A program made the translations under genes and the position numbers. Shown here one piece after another: positions 11,275 to 21,492 of a stretch of 64,000 nt of DNA (within the stretch, counting starts at the first letter, position 1; every line of letters starts with the position of its first letter). The notes under the pieces are model-generated. The model did not search any database, was not told the DNA's origin, and worked only from the letters and a program-made list of their open reading frames with translations. This DNA is from Ginsengibacter sp. (GTDB lineage: Bacteria > Bacteroidota > Bacteroidia > Chitinophagales > Chitinophagaceae): the NCBI GenBank assembly GCA_051953735.1, contig JBQCIM010000117.1, forward strand, positions 18,319 to 82,318, in the 5' to 3' direction.

Positions 11275-11889
11275 TTACAAATTCAAATCTTCTATTTTTA
11301 AATCCGGCGTTAAAAGTATCGTTTGCAATCCTGCTTTTTTTGCAGCTTCAATGTTTTGAACAGAATCATCGATAAAAACCGTTTTTGCAGGATCAATTTG
11401 TAATTCTTTGATCACCTGATGAAAAATTGCTTCGCCCGGTTTTCTTAATCCCATTTTGAAGGAATAAAAAGCTTTGTCAAAATACGCTTCGAACGTTTTG
11501 CTTCTTTCTTTTGAATGAAAATTTTCCTTAAAAGAATTCCAGTGAATCACGTTCGTGTTACTCAAAAGATAGACTTTATATTTTGACCGGATCTTTTCCA
11601 AAAACCGAAGGCTTCCTTCGCGAAACGACAGCAGCATTGAATTCCACGCTTTTTTAATTTCCTCTTCTGAAAGATGAAGGCCGGTAGATTCGTTTAATTT
11701 TTTATAAAATTCTGCTTCGCTGATTTTGCCTGTTTCTAATTTTTGAAACAATTGGTTGGCATGCGCCTGCGAATACATTTCATCGAAATTTGTGACGCCC
11801 AGTTTTTCAAAAGCCGCCCGTGTAAGATTGTAATCGACGTCAAGAATAACACCGCCAAGATCAAAAATGACATTTTCAATTTTTTCCAT
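11275..11889 (-). CDS. HAD family phosphatase
   Basis: IFDLGGV motif I, LSNT, RKP, FIDDS motifs. Confidence 0.92.
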   Translation of the reverse strand: MEKIENVIFDLGGVILDVDYNLTRAAFEKLGVTNFDEMYSQAHANQLFQKLETGKISEAEFYKKLNESTGLHLSEEEIKKAWNSMLLSFREGSLRFLEKIRSKYKVYLLSNTNVIHWNSFKENFHSKERSKTFEAYFDKAFYSFKMGLRKPGEAIFHQVIKELQIDPAKTVFIDDSVQNIEAAKKAGLQTILLTPDLKIEDLNL

Positions 11890-11991
11890 GATCCAAAGAA
11901 AAATATTTCTGCCGACTTGGCGAATTTTTCTATTTTTGCAGACCTTAAAAAATACTCTTTGTGATTAAATTTTTATCATTAAGAATATTTT

Positions 11992-12065
11992 GGGCCTATA
12001 GCTCAGTTGGTTAGAGCACCTGACTCATAATCAGGTGGTCCCAGGTTCAAGTCCTGGTGGGCCCA
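11992..12065 (+). tRNA. tRNA-Ile2 (anticodon CAT, lysidine-modified); CCA not encoded
   Basis: Full cloverleaf GGGCCTATAGCTCAG...CTCATAA...GGTTCAAGTCC...GGGCCCA; C4:G69 and C5:G68 TilS determinants and A73 favour Ile2 over Met. Confidence 0.9.
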
Positions 12066-12344
12066 CAAAAGTGAAACACTTAACATTGAAGGATTTCTGA
12101 AATAGGAGTCCTTTTGTATTTTTTAACGTTAAGTAGCATTAACGATATTAACGCCTTCTTCTTTTTAAACAATTAAGCAAAATCAATGAAGAAAACAAAC
12201 TGCTTTATGTGTATGGTATGATTGTCAATCAAGAAAAGTGAATCAAATAATTCCATTTTTATTTTCTTAAAACCCTTCCTCTACACCGGCTTTCTTCTTT
12301 ACCTTCGCAAACATTTTTCGAAAAAAATTTAAGCCGGAAACTTC

Positions 12345-13712
12345 ATGTTGATCACCGAAGCAAAAAGAACATTAAAACTTGCTTTTCCTATAATTCTGGG
12401 AGAAGTAGCTCAAATGATGCTTGGCATCATTGACACGGCGATGGTGGGCGCTGTTGGCTACAAACAGCTTGCGGCAGCGGCTTTGGTGATGAGCGTGATC
12501 AACATTCCTTACGTTTTTGGAATCGGAATTACTATTTCTGTTTCACAAATGGTATCGATGGCTCATGGAAGAAAAGATAGAAAATTAGTAAGCCATTATT
12601 TGTTCAATGGATTCTGGCTTTGTGCCATTTCAGCGGTCGTCATTTCGCTTGCCATTGAACTGAGCAAAAATATTTTATTTCATCTCGGGCAGGATGCAGA
12701 AGTGGCGCGGCTTGCATTGCCTTATCTGCAAATCATGGGTTGGTCAGTCATTCCGATGTTGCTGTTTCTTTCGCTGAAACAGTTTACAGATGGATTGGAG
12801 TTTACAAAAACTGCGATGATCCTTTCTTTATCGGCTTTGCCTTTGAATGCTTTTTTAAACTGGCTTTTCATTTACGGAAACTGGGGCTTTCCGAGGTTGG
12901 AATTAATGGGCGCGGGCCTTGGCACTTTGATCACGCGAATTTTTATTTTCGTAGTTCTTGCACTGATTATTTTATATCACCGGACTTTTACCAACTACAT
13001 TGCTGCAAGAACCGAAGTGTGGAAATTAAAATCAAAAACGATTAAAGAACTGCTGCACATCGGCATTCCTAGTAGTTTTCAAATTACGATGGAAGCCGGC
13101 GCTTTTGCGATTTCCGGCATCCTGATCGGAACGATAGGAGCTGTAGAACAAGCGGCGCACCAAATCGCTTTGAGCCTTGCTTCATTAACTTTTATGGTTT
13201 CGATGGGATTGTCGCAGGCCGGATCAATTCGCGTCAGTAATGCTTTTGGGAGAAATGATCGCAATGCAATTGCTGACATCGGCAAAAGCACCATTATGAT
13301 GGCGTTGATCTATGGATCAATCTGCGCCATGATTTTTATTCTATTCCGGCATCAATTGCCTTATATTTTCAATGATGATAAAGAAGTGGTTTTGATGGCA
13401 GCATATTTGCTTTTATTCGCTGCTTTGTTTCAAATTTCAGACAGCACACAGGCGGTTAGCGCCGGATTATTACGCGGAATAAAAGATGTAAAAATTCCAA
13501 CCGTTTTTGTTTTGATCGCTTACTGGGCGATCGGAATTCCTGTCGGTTGTCTTCTTGCTTTTTATTTCAAAATGGGCGCTGCCGGAATCTGGACCGGTTT
13601 CATTGCAGGTTTAACTTTTTCAGCCGTTTTTTTGAGCTTCAGATTTAAGAAAATGTCGAAAAAGAATTCGGTGCTAAATCAGAGCCAGCTTAGCTTTCAA
13701 AACTTTAATTAA
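12345..13712 (+). CDS. MATE family efflux transporter
   Basis: About 12 TM segments; DTAMVG, EAGAF and FQISDSTQ MATE motifs. Confidence 0.92.
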   Translation: MLITEAKRTLKLAFPIILGEVAQMMLGIIDTAMVGAVGYKQLAAAALVMSVINIPYVFGIGITISVSQMVSMAHGRKDRKLVSHYLFNGFWLCAISAVVISLAIELSKNILFHLGQDAEVARLALPYLQIMGWSVIPMLLFLSLKQFTDGLEFTKTAMILSLSALPLNAFLNWLFIYGNWGFPRLELMGAGLGTLITRIFIFVVLALIILYHRTFTNYIAARTEVWKLKSKTIKELLHIGIPSSFQITMEAGAFAISGILIGTIGAVEQAAHQIALSLASLTFMVSMGLSQAGSIRVSNAFGRNDRNAIADIGKSTIMMALIYGSICAMIFILFRHQLPYIFNDDKEVVLMAAYLLLFAALFQISDSTQAVSAGLLRGIKDVKIPTVFVLIAYWAIGIPVGCLLAFYFKMGAAGIWTGFIAGLTFSAVFLSFRFKKMSKKNSVLNQSQLSFQNFN

Positions 13713-13763
13713 AAATTATTAACATCGCCCTTAGCTCGCCTTCTCTTTTCGTAAATTTGCCAA

Positions 13764-16070
13764 ATGCAGGAATATTTACAGGGTTTGAATGAGGCGCAAC
13801 GCGAAGCGGTTCTTCATCGCGACGGGCCCATAATGATCGTGGCTGGCGCAGGAAGCGGGAAAACCAAAGTTTTAACTACCAGGATCGCTCACCTGATGGC
13901 GACAGGCGTAGATTCTTTCCAAATTTTAGCACTCACTTTTACGAACAAAGCTGCTGCTGAAATGAAAGAAAGAGTTACCCACATTTTAGAAAATAATGAC
14001 GCAAGAAATCTTTACATAGGAACTTTTCACTCTGTTTTTGCACGGATTTTAAGAGCTGAAGCTGATAAGCTCGGCTATCCGAGAAATTTCACCATCTATG
14101 ATACTGATGATGCCAAAAGCGTGGTGAAAACAGTGATCAAAGAAATGAATCTTGATGATAAGCATTATAAACCTAACACCGTTTACAACCGCATCTCCGG
14201 TGCAAAAAACAGTTTGATCACTCCGGAAGAATATATTAACGATTATGGTTTGCAGCAGGAAGATATGCGGGCCAATCGCCCTTTGATTGGTCAAATTTAT
14301 GCTTCTTATTGCAACCGCTGTTTCAAAAACGGCGCGATGGATTTTGATGATCTTTTGTTGAAATTTTATCAATTACTGAAAACACATCCTGAAAGCCTGA
14401 GCAAGTATCAGCGCAAGTTTAAATACATCATGATCGATGAATACCAGGATACGAATACTTCGCAATACCAGATCATAAAATTATTAGGTGCAATGCATGA
14501 AAACGTTGCTGTGGTGGGCGATGACGCTCAAAGTATTTATAGTTTTCGCGGTGCAACAATTGAAAATATTCTGCAGTTTCAAAAAGATTACGATGAAGTA
14601 AAAGTGGTGATGCTTGAGCAAAATTATCGCAGCTCACAAAATATTTTGCATGTTGCCAATAAGGTTATTGCGAACAACAAAGGCCAGATTCCCAAAAAAT
14701 TATGGACCAGCAACAATGAAGGCGAAAAAATAAATTTAGTCAGGACCGCGACCGATAACGACGAAGGAAAATATGTAGCCGATGCCATACAGGAGCAAAA
14801 ATTACGAAACCATTATCGCAACAGTGACTTCGCCATTTTATATCGCACCAATGCACAAAGCCGAAGCTTTGAAGAAAGCCTTCGCCGCATGAATATCGCT
14901 TACAGAATTTATGGCGGCATTTCGTTTTATCAAAGGAAAGAAGTAAAAGATTTTCTGAGCTATTTGCGTGTTATCGTGAATCCAAATGATGAAGAAGCGC
15001 TGAAAAGAATTATCAATTATCCTGCAAGAGGAATCGGAAAAACTTCGATTGAAAAAGCGATTCTTTTGGCAAATGAAAATAACGTATCCTTTTGGAATGT
15101 GCTGGAACGTGCCGCTGAGTTTGGTTACAGAGCTTCAACATTGGAAGTGATCAACAGTTTTGTGATCATGGTCAAAATGTTTCAAAGCGAATTACAAAAG
15201 AGAAACGCTTATGACCTTGCGATAATTGTTGGGAAACAAACCGGCATTGTAAAAGAACTTTTTAACGATAAAACTACCGAAGGTCTTGCGCGTTATGAAA
15301 ACCTGCAGGAGTTATTAAACTCTATAAAAGAATTTACTGAAACGCCCACAGAAGATGGAGAATTGCTTGATAAAAGTCTCGGAAGTTATTTGCAACAAAT
15401 TACTTTATTGACCGATGCTGATGAAGACAAAGGCCAAAGTGATGTGGTAAAATTAATGACGATCCATGCCGCAAAAGGATTGGAATTCCCGGTGGTATTT
15501 GTTGGCGGACTTGAAGAAACATTGTTTCCAAATGCAATGGCAATCAATACCAGGGAAGAACTGGAAGAAGAAAGAAGATTGTTTTATGTAGCCATCACAA
15601 GAGCTAAGAAAAGATTGTGGCTTACTTATGCCAACAATCGTTATCGTTTTGGAAATCTTACTCAAAATGAACCAAGCCGTTTTATTGACGAATTGCCATC
15701 CGAACAAATTGACAAATCTTTTGCCGGAGGAAATATGCGCAATAATCAAAACAATTACTGGAACGCTTTTGACAAACCAAAATATCCGGCATATAACTCA
15801 CCCCGTGAATCAAAACCTGAAAAGCCTGCGTACATGGTTTCTCCACCCGTGGTAAAAGTGAAGGAACATGTTCCTTCTCCAAATTTTGCTCCGAGTGACA
15901 CTAGCAATCTACAAGCGGGACAAAGAATTGAACATCAAAAATTTGGATTTGGTGAAGTAATTAAGATGGAAGGAGCAGCACACAATCCGATTGCAACTGT
16001 AAAATTTGAACATAACGGCGAGAAGAAAATCATGCTGAATTATGCAAAGCTGAGGATAGTAAACGAATAA
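13764..16070 (+). CDS. pcrA: ATP-dependent DNA helicase PcrA/UvrD
   Basis: AGAGSGKT, DEYQDTN, VGDDAQSIY, LEQNYRS, MTIHAAKGLEF, EERRLFYVAITRA; C-terminal Tudor-like domain. Confidence 0.96.
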   Translation: MQEYLQGLNEAQREAVLHRDGPIMIVAGAGSGKTKVLTTRIAHLMATGVDSFQILALTFTNKAAAEMKERVTHILENNDARNLYIGTFHSVFARILRAEADKLGYPRNFTIYDTDDAKSVVKTVIKEMNLDDKHYKPNTVYNRISGAKNSLITPEEYINDYGLQQEDMRANRPLIGQIYASYCNRCFKNGAMDFDDLLLKFYQLLKTHPESLSKYQRKFKYIMIDEYQDTNTSQYQIIKLLGAMHENVAVVGDDAQSIYSFRGATIENILQFQKDYDEVKVVMLEQNYRSSQNILHVANKVIANNKGQIPKKLWTSNNEGEKINLVRTATDNDEGKYVADAIQEQKLRNHYRNSDFAILYRTNAQSRSFEESLRRMNIAYRIYGGISFYQRKEVKDFLSYLRVIVNPNDEEALKRIINYPARGIGKTSIEKAILLANENNVSFWNVLERAAEFGYRASTLEVINSFVIMVKMFQSELQKRNAYDLAIIVGKQTGIVKELFNDKTTEGLARYENLQELLNSIKEFTETPTEDGELLDKSLGSYLQQITLLTDADEDKGQSDVVKLMTIHAAKGLEFPVVFVGGLEETLFPNAMAINTREELEEERRLFYVAITRAKKRLWLTYANNRYRFGNLTQNEPSRFIDELPSEQIDKSFAGGNMRNNQNNYWNAFDKPKYPAYNSPRESKPEKPAYMVSPPVVKVKEHVPSPNFAPSDTSNLQAGQRIEHQKFGFGEVIKMEGAAHNPIATVKFEHNGEKKIMLNYAKLRIVNE

Positions 16071-16092
16071 ATAAGCCGATTTTTTAATTCTG

Positions 16093-17571
16093 CTAATGTA
16101 TATGTCGCCGCTTGATAATTCCTCCCGACGCTTCTTTGATGGTGCTTGCAAAAACAAATGACCGTGGATCAATTTCACTCACCAGGTTTTTAAGTTTTCT
16201 GATTTCCAGCCTGGTGATAACGGTAAAAATAATATCGCAATCAGCGTGAAGATCAAATTTCCCTGGCAGGTATCCTCTTTCGCCTTTGTAAATCGTGATT
16301 CCGCGTCCCATCTCGTTTACAAGACGGTCTTTGATAATTTCGCTTTTGCCTGAAATGATCGTAACGCCCACATAAGCTTCCAATCCTTCTACCACATAAT
16401 CAACGGTTTTTGTCGCCGTAAAATAAGTAAGCATGGAATATAAAGCGACTTCAATTCCAAAACGAAAAGCAGCTATTCCGAAAATGAGAATATTAATTGC
16501 AAGAATAATTTCGGTGATTGTAAAGCTTGTTTTTTTCCACGTGTAAAGTGCGAGAATTTCAATTCCGTCAATCGCACAGCCAGCTCTCATTGTCAAACCA
16601 ATTCCAGCTCCGAGGAAAAATCCGCCGAAAATTGCTACCAGTAATTTATCACTTGTAACAGAGAAATGCGGGAAATAATATAGACAAAATCCAAGCAATA
16701 AAATGCAAAAAAATGTTTTCAAAGCATATTGAACATTAATAGCATAAACACAAATGATGATAAATGGAAGATTGGCAAGCATGATCACATAGGAAATATC
16801 AAAATTGTATAGCTCATGAATCAAAAGAGAAATACCGGTGACACCGCCATCAAAAAAACCATTGGGAACCAGAAATCCTTTTAAAGCAAATGCCGCGAGA
16901 ATTGCGCCAACAACAATAAACATCGCGTCACTTATCCAATCATAAATCAGGTAATTTTTTGTTTCACTTTTTTGTTTGATCTCACGAAGGCGAAGCTGGG
17001 AAAGCGTTTCCTTTAGTCCTGCATTTAATTTTTTCTGCGCAATTTTTGTAAAATAATGGTGTCCTTCTACAAATTTAATTTCTTCGTTCCTCCATTCTTC
17101 ACGGTTTTTTACAAATCCCGCTTCATGCAATTCTTTATATAATTTATCAGAGTTTAGAAAATATTTGTTCGTGCCGAGATAGTATAAATCAGCATCACAT
17201 AAAATTTGCGCAAGTTTATTTTCGGGTGTTTGCGGAATTTTAGTAGCCAAAATAAGATGGCAAATTCTGTCGATTTCCTCTTTATTATAGCCAAATTGTG
17301 GCAACCATTTTTTTGCCATTTCACACGAAATTTCTTCGTGATCGCTGTAGGTTTCCAGGAACCCTGAATCATGAAACAACGCGGCTGTTTTTAAGATTGT
17401 AAGTTCATCGCCAGAAGCTCCTTCAGCTGTTGCAATTCGTTCAGTGGCATCCAATACATCTTTCGTATGTTGGGCATTATGATAGTGCAGGTATGGCGGT
17501 AATTCGCTTTCTAATTTTCCCATCAAAAAAGAATACGCATTTTCAAACTGCATTTGTTGTGTCTGGCTCAA
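16093..17571 (-). CDS. HD-domain phosphohydrolase fused to a YitT (DUF161/DUF2179) membrane protein
   Basis: N-terminal HYHNAQHT...FHDSG...CDADL; C-terminal FLVPNGFFDGGVTGIS, TM helices, GRGITIY...DPRSF. Confidence 0.85.
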   Translation of the reverse strand: MSQTQQMQFENAYSFLMGKLESELPPYLHYHNAQHTKDVLDATERIATAEGASGDELTILKTAALFHDSGFLETYSDHEEISCEMAKKWLPQFGYNKEEIDRICHLILATKIPQTPENKLAQILCDADLYYLGTNKYFLNSDKLYKELHEAGFVKNREEWRNEEIKFVEGHHYFTKIAQKKLNAGLKETLSQLRLREIKQKSETKNYLIYDWISDAMFIVVGAILAAFALKGFLVPNGFFDGGVTGISLLIHELYNFDISYVIMLANLPFIIICVYAINVQYALKTFFCILLLGFCLYYFPHFSVTSDKLLVAIFGGFFLGAGIGLTMRAGCAIDGIEILALYTWKKTSFTITEIILAINILIFGIAAFRFGIEVALYSMLTYFTATKTVDYVVEGLEAYVGVTIISGKSEIIKDRLVNEMGRGITIYKGERGYLPGKFDLHADCDIIFTVITRLEIRKLKNLVSEIDPRSFVFASTIKEASGGIIKRRHIH

Positions 17572-17774
17572 AAAAATGTTGATTTATTTTTTTAATAAAA
17601 TATTTTGAAGAAAATCGCAGGTATTTTTTTGGTTTGCAGAGCAGATACCTTGATACAAATCTAAACAATACGAAATAAAATTATTAAAAATGTATCTTCA
17701 AACATAATTTGTTTCAAAGTCGTGACTTCGATTAAAATTGAAAAGCCAATTATTTAAACTAACGCATCAACAAT

Positions 17775-19872
17775 ATGGGCAAATTCAACCATATTCCAAT
17801 TTGGAAAAAAGCGCCATTTGTTCGTTTACTGTTGCCGGTCATTGCCGGAATTATTCTTCAGTTTTATGGTAATTTTCAAATCAATGTGATTGCTGCTTCT
17901 GCAATTATTTTTCTGTTATTCATTATTATTTTTTCACTTTTGCCGGAAGCAATTCGCTTTCGTTTTAGGATAATACAAGGACTAAATATTTCGCTGTTTC
18001 TAATCTTTTTTGGTGCGCTGATCACCTGGCAAAAAGATGTTGGAAATCATTCAAATTGGTATGGAAACATAACTGGCGCAGGAAATTTTTATGTAGCCAC
18101 CATCAATGAGCCACCAGTTGAAAAAGCAAAATCATACAAGGCTTTGGTAACGATTGAAACTGTTGTCAATAAACAGCTTCATCAGAATTTAAAAGGAAAA
18201 GCACTCATCTATTTCAGCAAAGATTCTTCTTCTCAAAAGCTGCAATATGGCGATCAAATTATTTTTAGAAAACCGCTTCAGCCAATTAAAAATTCAGGCA
18301 ACCCCAACGCTTTTGATTATGCGCAATACTGCGCTTTTCAGCAAATCTATCAACAGACTTTTCTGAAAAAAAATGAGTGGAATCTGATCAAAGAAAAAAA
18401 CGGTTCTTTTGTGAAGGGCATTATTTTTAAGACGCGCGATTATATCTTAAAAACACTTGAAAATTATATTCCCGGCAATGACGAATCTTCTCTTGCAAAA
18501 GCTTTGTTGATCGGCTACAGAGTGGATCTTGATAAAGATCTCGTTCAGGCTTACAGCAATGTAGGCGTTGTTCACCTCATTGCAATTTCCGGAATGCACC
18601 TGGCACTGATTTATTTTTTCCTGGTTTGGCTTTTTAAAAAAATTCCCGTAATAAAGAAATCGAAATTGGCAAAACTTTTTCTTATTCTATTCTGTTTGTG
18701 GTTTTTTGCATTGCTTACCGGTGCACCCGCTTCTGTACTTCGTTCTGCTGTAATGTTTACTTTTGTTGCCATCGGCGATTCTTTCAACAAACGAAATTCA
18801 ATTTACAATTCGCTGGCAGTTTCTGCATTTGTTCTTCTTTGTGTTGATCCGTTTATGTTGTGGGATGTAGGTTTTCAGCTTTCTTATCTTGCTGTTTTAG
18901 GCATCGTTATTTTTCAAAAATATATTTACAACTGGTTCTATTTTAAAAACAAAATCTTAGATGAAGGCTGGAAACTTGCTTCAGTTTCCATCGCAGCCCA
19001 ACTGCTCACTTTGCCCATTTGTATTTACTATTTTCACCAATTTCCGCTATTGTTTTTGCTATCAAATATGATTGCTATTCCATTATCCACAGTAGCGCTT
19101 TGGGGTTGCATAGCGGTCGTTTCCATTTCTTTCATTCCTGCTGCAGCATTGTATTGGGGAAAATTGGTATGGTGTTCTATTTGGTTGTTAAATCATTCTG
19201 TCCTCGCCATCAATTCAATTCCCTTTTCTTTATGGAATGGATTATCCATTTCTGTTTTCAGCACTATTTTATTGTATTTTATTTTCATTGCTTTTGCAGT
19301 TTCATTGATCAAAAAAAAATAAAGCAGCTTTAAAATTAGCACTTGCAGCCACTTTTGTTTTTGTATTAATTACAGCTTATTCTAAATGGCAAAATTTTAA
19401 TCAGAAAAAAATCATCGTTTACAATATTTCACAACACCAGGCAATTGATTTTATAAAGGGAAATAAATATTATTTTGTTGGCGATTCTGCCTTGAATAAA
19501 AATAACTTGCTCGTGAATTACAATATAAATCCCGCCAGAACTTCGCTACAGGTTGACCGGGAATCTGATCTTTCAGATTTTTTTTATAAGAAAAATAATT
19601 TTTACCGTTTTTATAATACTAAATTTTTGGTAGCAGATTCTTCTGTGCATTATGATCCTTCGTCCGGTAAAATCAATATTGATTACATCATCATCACAAG
19701 AAATCCAAAACTGAAAATTGCAGATCTTGCGAAAAATTTCGATTGCAACAATTATGTTTTTGATGCGTCTAATTCTTTTTGGAAAATTGAACAATGGAAA
19801 AAAGAATGCGAAGAATTACATTTGCATTTTCATTCTGTAGCTGAACAGGGTGCGTTGGTAATCAATTTCTAA
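17775..19872 (+). pseudogene. comEC: ComEC/Rec2 competence protein, frameshifted at the A9 tract 19311-19319
   Basis: DUF4131 N-part, HLIAISGMHL and SVLRS motifs; removing one A joins 17775-19322 to the 19492-19872 frame (about 698 aa). Confidence 0.85.
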
Positions 19873-19895
19873 AAGAAAATTTCTTCCAAAAGGTC

Positions 19896-21416
19896 ATGCA
19901 AAAAAAAATTAAATCTGCCCTCATTTCTGTTTTTAACAAAGAAGGGCTGCAACCAATTATTTCTTTATTAACTGAAAAAAATATTACGATTTACAGCACC
20001 GGTGGCACTCAAAAATTTATTGAAGAAAATGGTGGAAAATGTATTGCTGTTGAATCGCTCACCGGCTATCCCTCCATTCTTGGTGGAAGAGTGAAAACGC
20101 TTCATCCTGTTGTGTTTGGTGGATTTTTGGCAAGAAGAGATGTTGAAAATGATTTAAAAGAAATGGAACAATATCGCATTCCTGAAATAGACCTGGTTGT
20201 TGTCGATTTATATCCTTTTGAAGAAACCGTAAAATCGACAAGTGATGAAGCAGCCATCATCGAAAAAATTGATATTGGCGGACCTTCTATGATTCGTGCG
20301 GCAGCAAAAAATTTCAAAAATGTTGTGGTAATAGCTGATAAAAAAGAATACCCCAATTTGGAAAAAATTCTTTCAGAAGAAAATGCAGAAACGTCATTGG
20401 AAGAAAGAAAAGATTTTGCAAGAAAAGCATTTGATGTGTGCGCAGGCTATGATATTGCTATTTCAAATTATTTCAATCAAACGAATTTTATTAATCCATT
20501 TCAACTGCAGAAAAAAGAATTGCGTTATGGTGAAAACCCGCATCAGAAGGGCTTTTTCATCGGAAACATTAATGAGATTTTTGAACAATTACATGGCAAG
20601 GAACTTTCTTATAATAATTTAGTAGATGTGGATGCTGCTTTGCAATTGATGAAAGAGTTTGATAAAAAAGATCCTTCACCGACCACTTTTGCAATTATAA
20701 AACACACGAACGTTTGTGGTGTTGCTCAAAGAGAAAATGTATCAGACGCTTTTGCTTCTGCTCTTGCCGGCGATCCGGAAAGTGCTTTTGGAGGTGTGTT
20801 GATTTCTAATTCAATAATAGACAAAAAAACAGCCGAAGCATTAAAAGATTTATTTTTTGAAGTGCTTATTGCTCCTGCTTTTGAGGAGGATGCTCTTCCT
20901 GTTTTGGAAATAAAAAAGAACCGGATCATTTTAAAAATAAAAGAATTTCCAAAAGAAAAACAACAAACAAAAAGCTTGTTAAATGGGTTACTGATCCAGG
21001 AAAATGATGAAGGGAATTTTGCTGAATGGAAAGAAGTGGGCGGAAGAATTGCTTCAGAAAACGAAAAAGAAGATTTGATTTTTGCGAATCTTGTTTGCAA
21101 ACATTTAAAAAGCAATTCGATTGCCGTTGTAAAAAATAAACAGCTTCTGGGAAAAGGAGCCGGCCAAACTTCACGCGTTGATGCTTTGCGGCATGCGATT
21201 GAAAAAGCCAATCAATTTGAATTTGATTTGCAAAATGCAGTTGTAGCCAGCGATGCATTTTTCCCTTTTGATGATTGTGTAAAAATCGCTCATAAGGCCG
21301 GTGTTACTGCATTTGTGCAACCGGGAGGTTCAATCCGAGATAAAGATTCCATCGAGTATTGTAAACAAAATAATCTGGTGATGGTGATAACAGGATTGAG
21401 GCATTTTAAACATTGA
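19896..21416 (+). CDS. purH: Bifunctional AICAR transformylase / IMP cyclohydrolase
   Basis: GGRVKTLHP, IDIGGPSMIRAAAKN, LRYGENPHQ, SDAFFPF, QPGGSIRD, RHFKH. Confidence 0.98.
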   Translation: MQKKIKSALISVFNKEGLQPIISLLTEKNITIYSTGGTQKFIEENGGKCIAVESLTGYPSILGGRVKTLHPVVFGGFLARRDVENDLKEMEQYRIPEIDLVVVDLYPFEETVKSTSDEAAIIEKIDIGGPSMIRAAAKNFKNVVVIADKKEYPNLEKILSEENAETSLEERKDFARKAFDVCAGYDIAISNYFNQTNFINPFQLQKKELRYGENPHQKGFFIGNINEIFEQLHGKELSYNNLVDVDAALQLMKEFDKKDPSPTTFAIIKHTNVCGVAQRENVSDAFASALAGDPESAFGGVLISNSIIDKKTAEALKDLFFEVLIAPAFEEDALPVLEIKKNRIILKIKEFPKEKQQTKSLLNGLLIQENDEGNFAEWKEVGGRIASENEKEDLIFANLVCKHLKSNSIAVVKNKQLLGKGAGQTSRVDALRHAIEKANQFEFDLQNAVVASDAFFPFDDCVKIAHKAGVTAFVQPGGSIRDKDSIEYCKQNNLVMVITGLRHFKH

Positions 21417-21492
21417 TAAAAATAAACGCGTCCAGTTTTTTGAAAAATAAAATCAATATTATTTCTTCGTTTACTACTTAGAAATGATTTTT

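Noticed and set aside
11992-12065. Assignment as tRNA-Met or fMet because of the CAT anticodon
   Set aside because: G1:C72 is paired and there is no GGG/CCC anticodon stem, so it is not fMet; C4:G69 and C5:G68 match Ile2
16533-16548. parS-like TTTTCCACGTGTAAAG in the YitT gene
   Set aside because: Four mismatches to the consensus, including in the right arm
19083-19091. Perfect DnaA box TTATCCACA inside comEC
   Set aside because: A single copy within a CDS, with no cluster or unwinding element, is expected by chance
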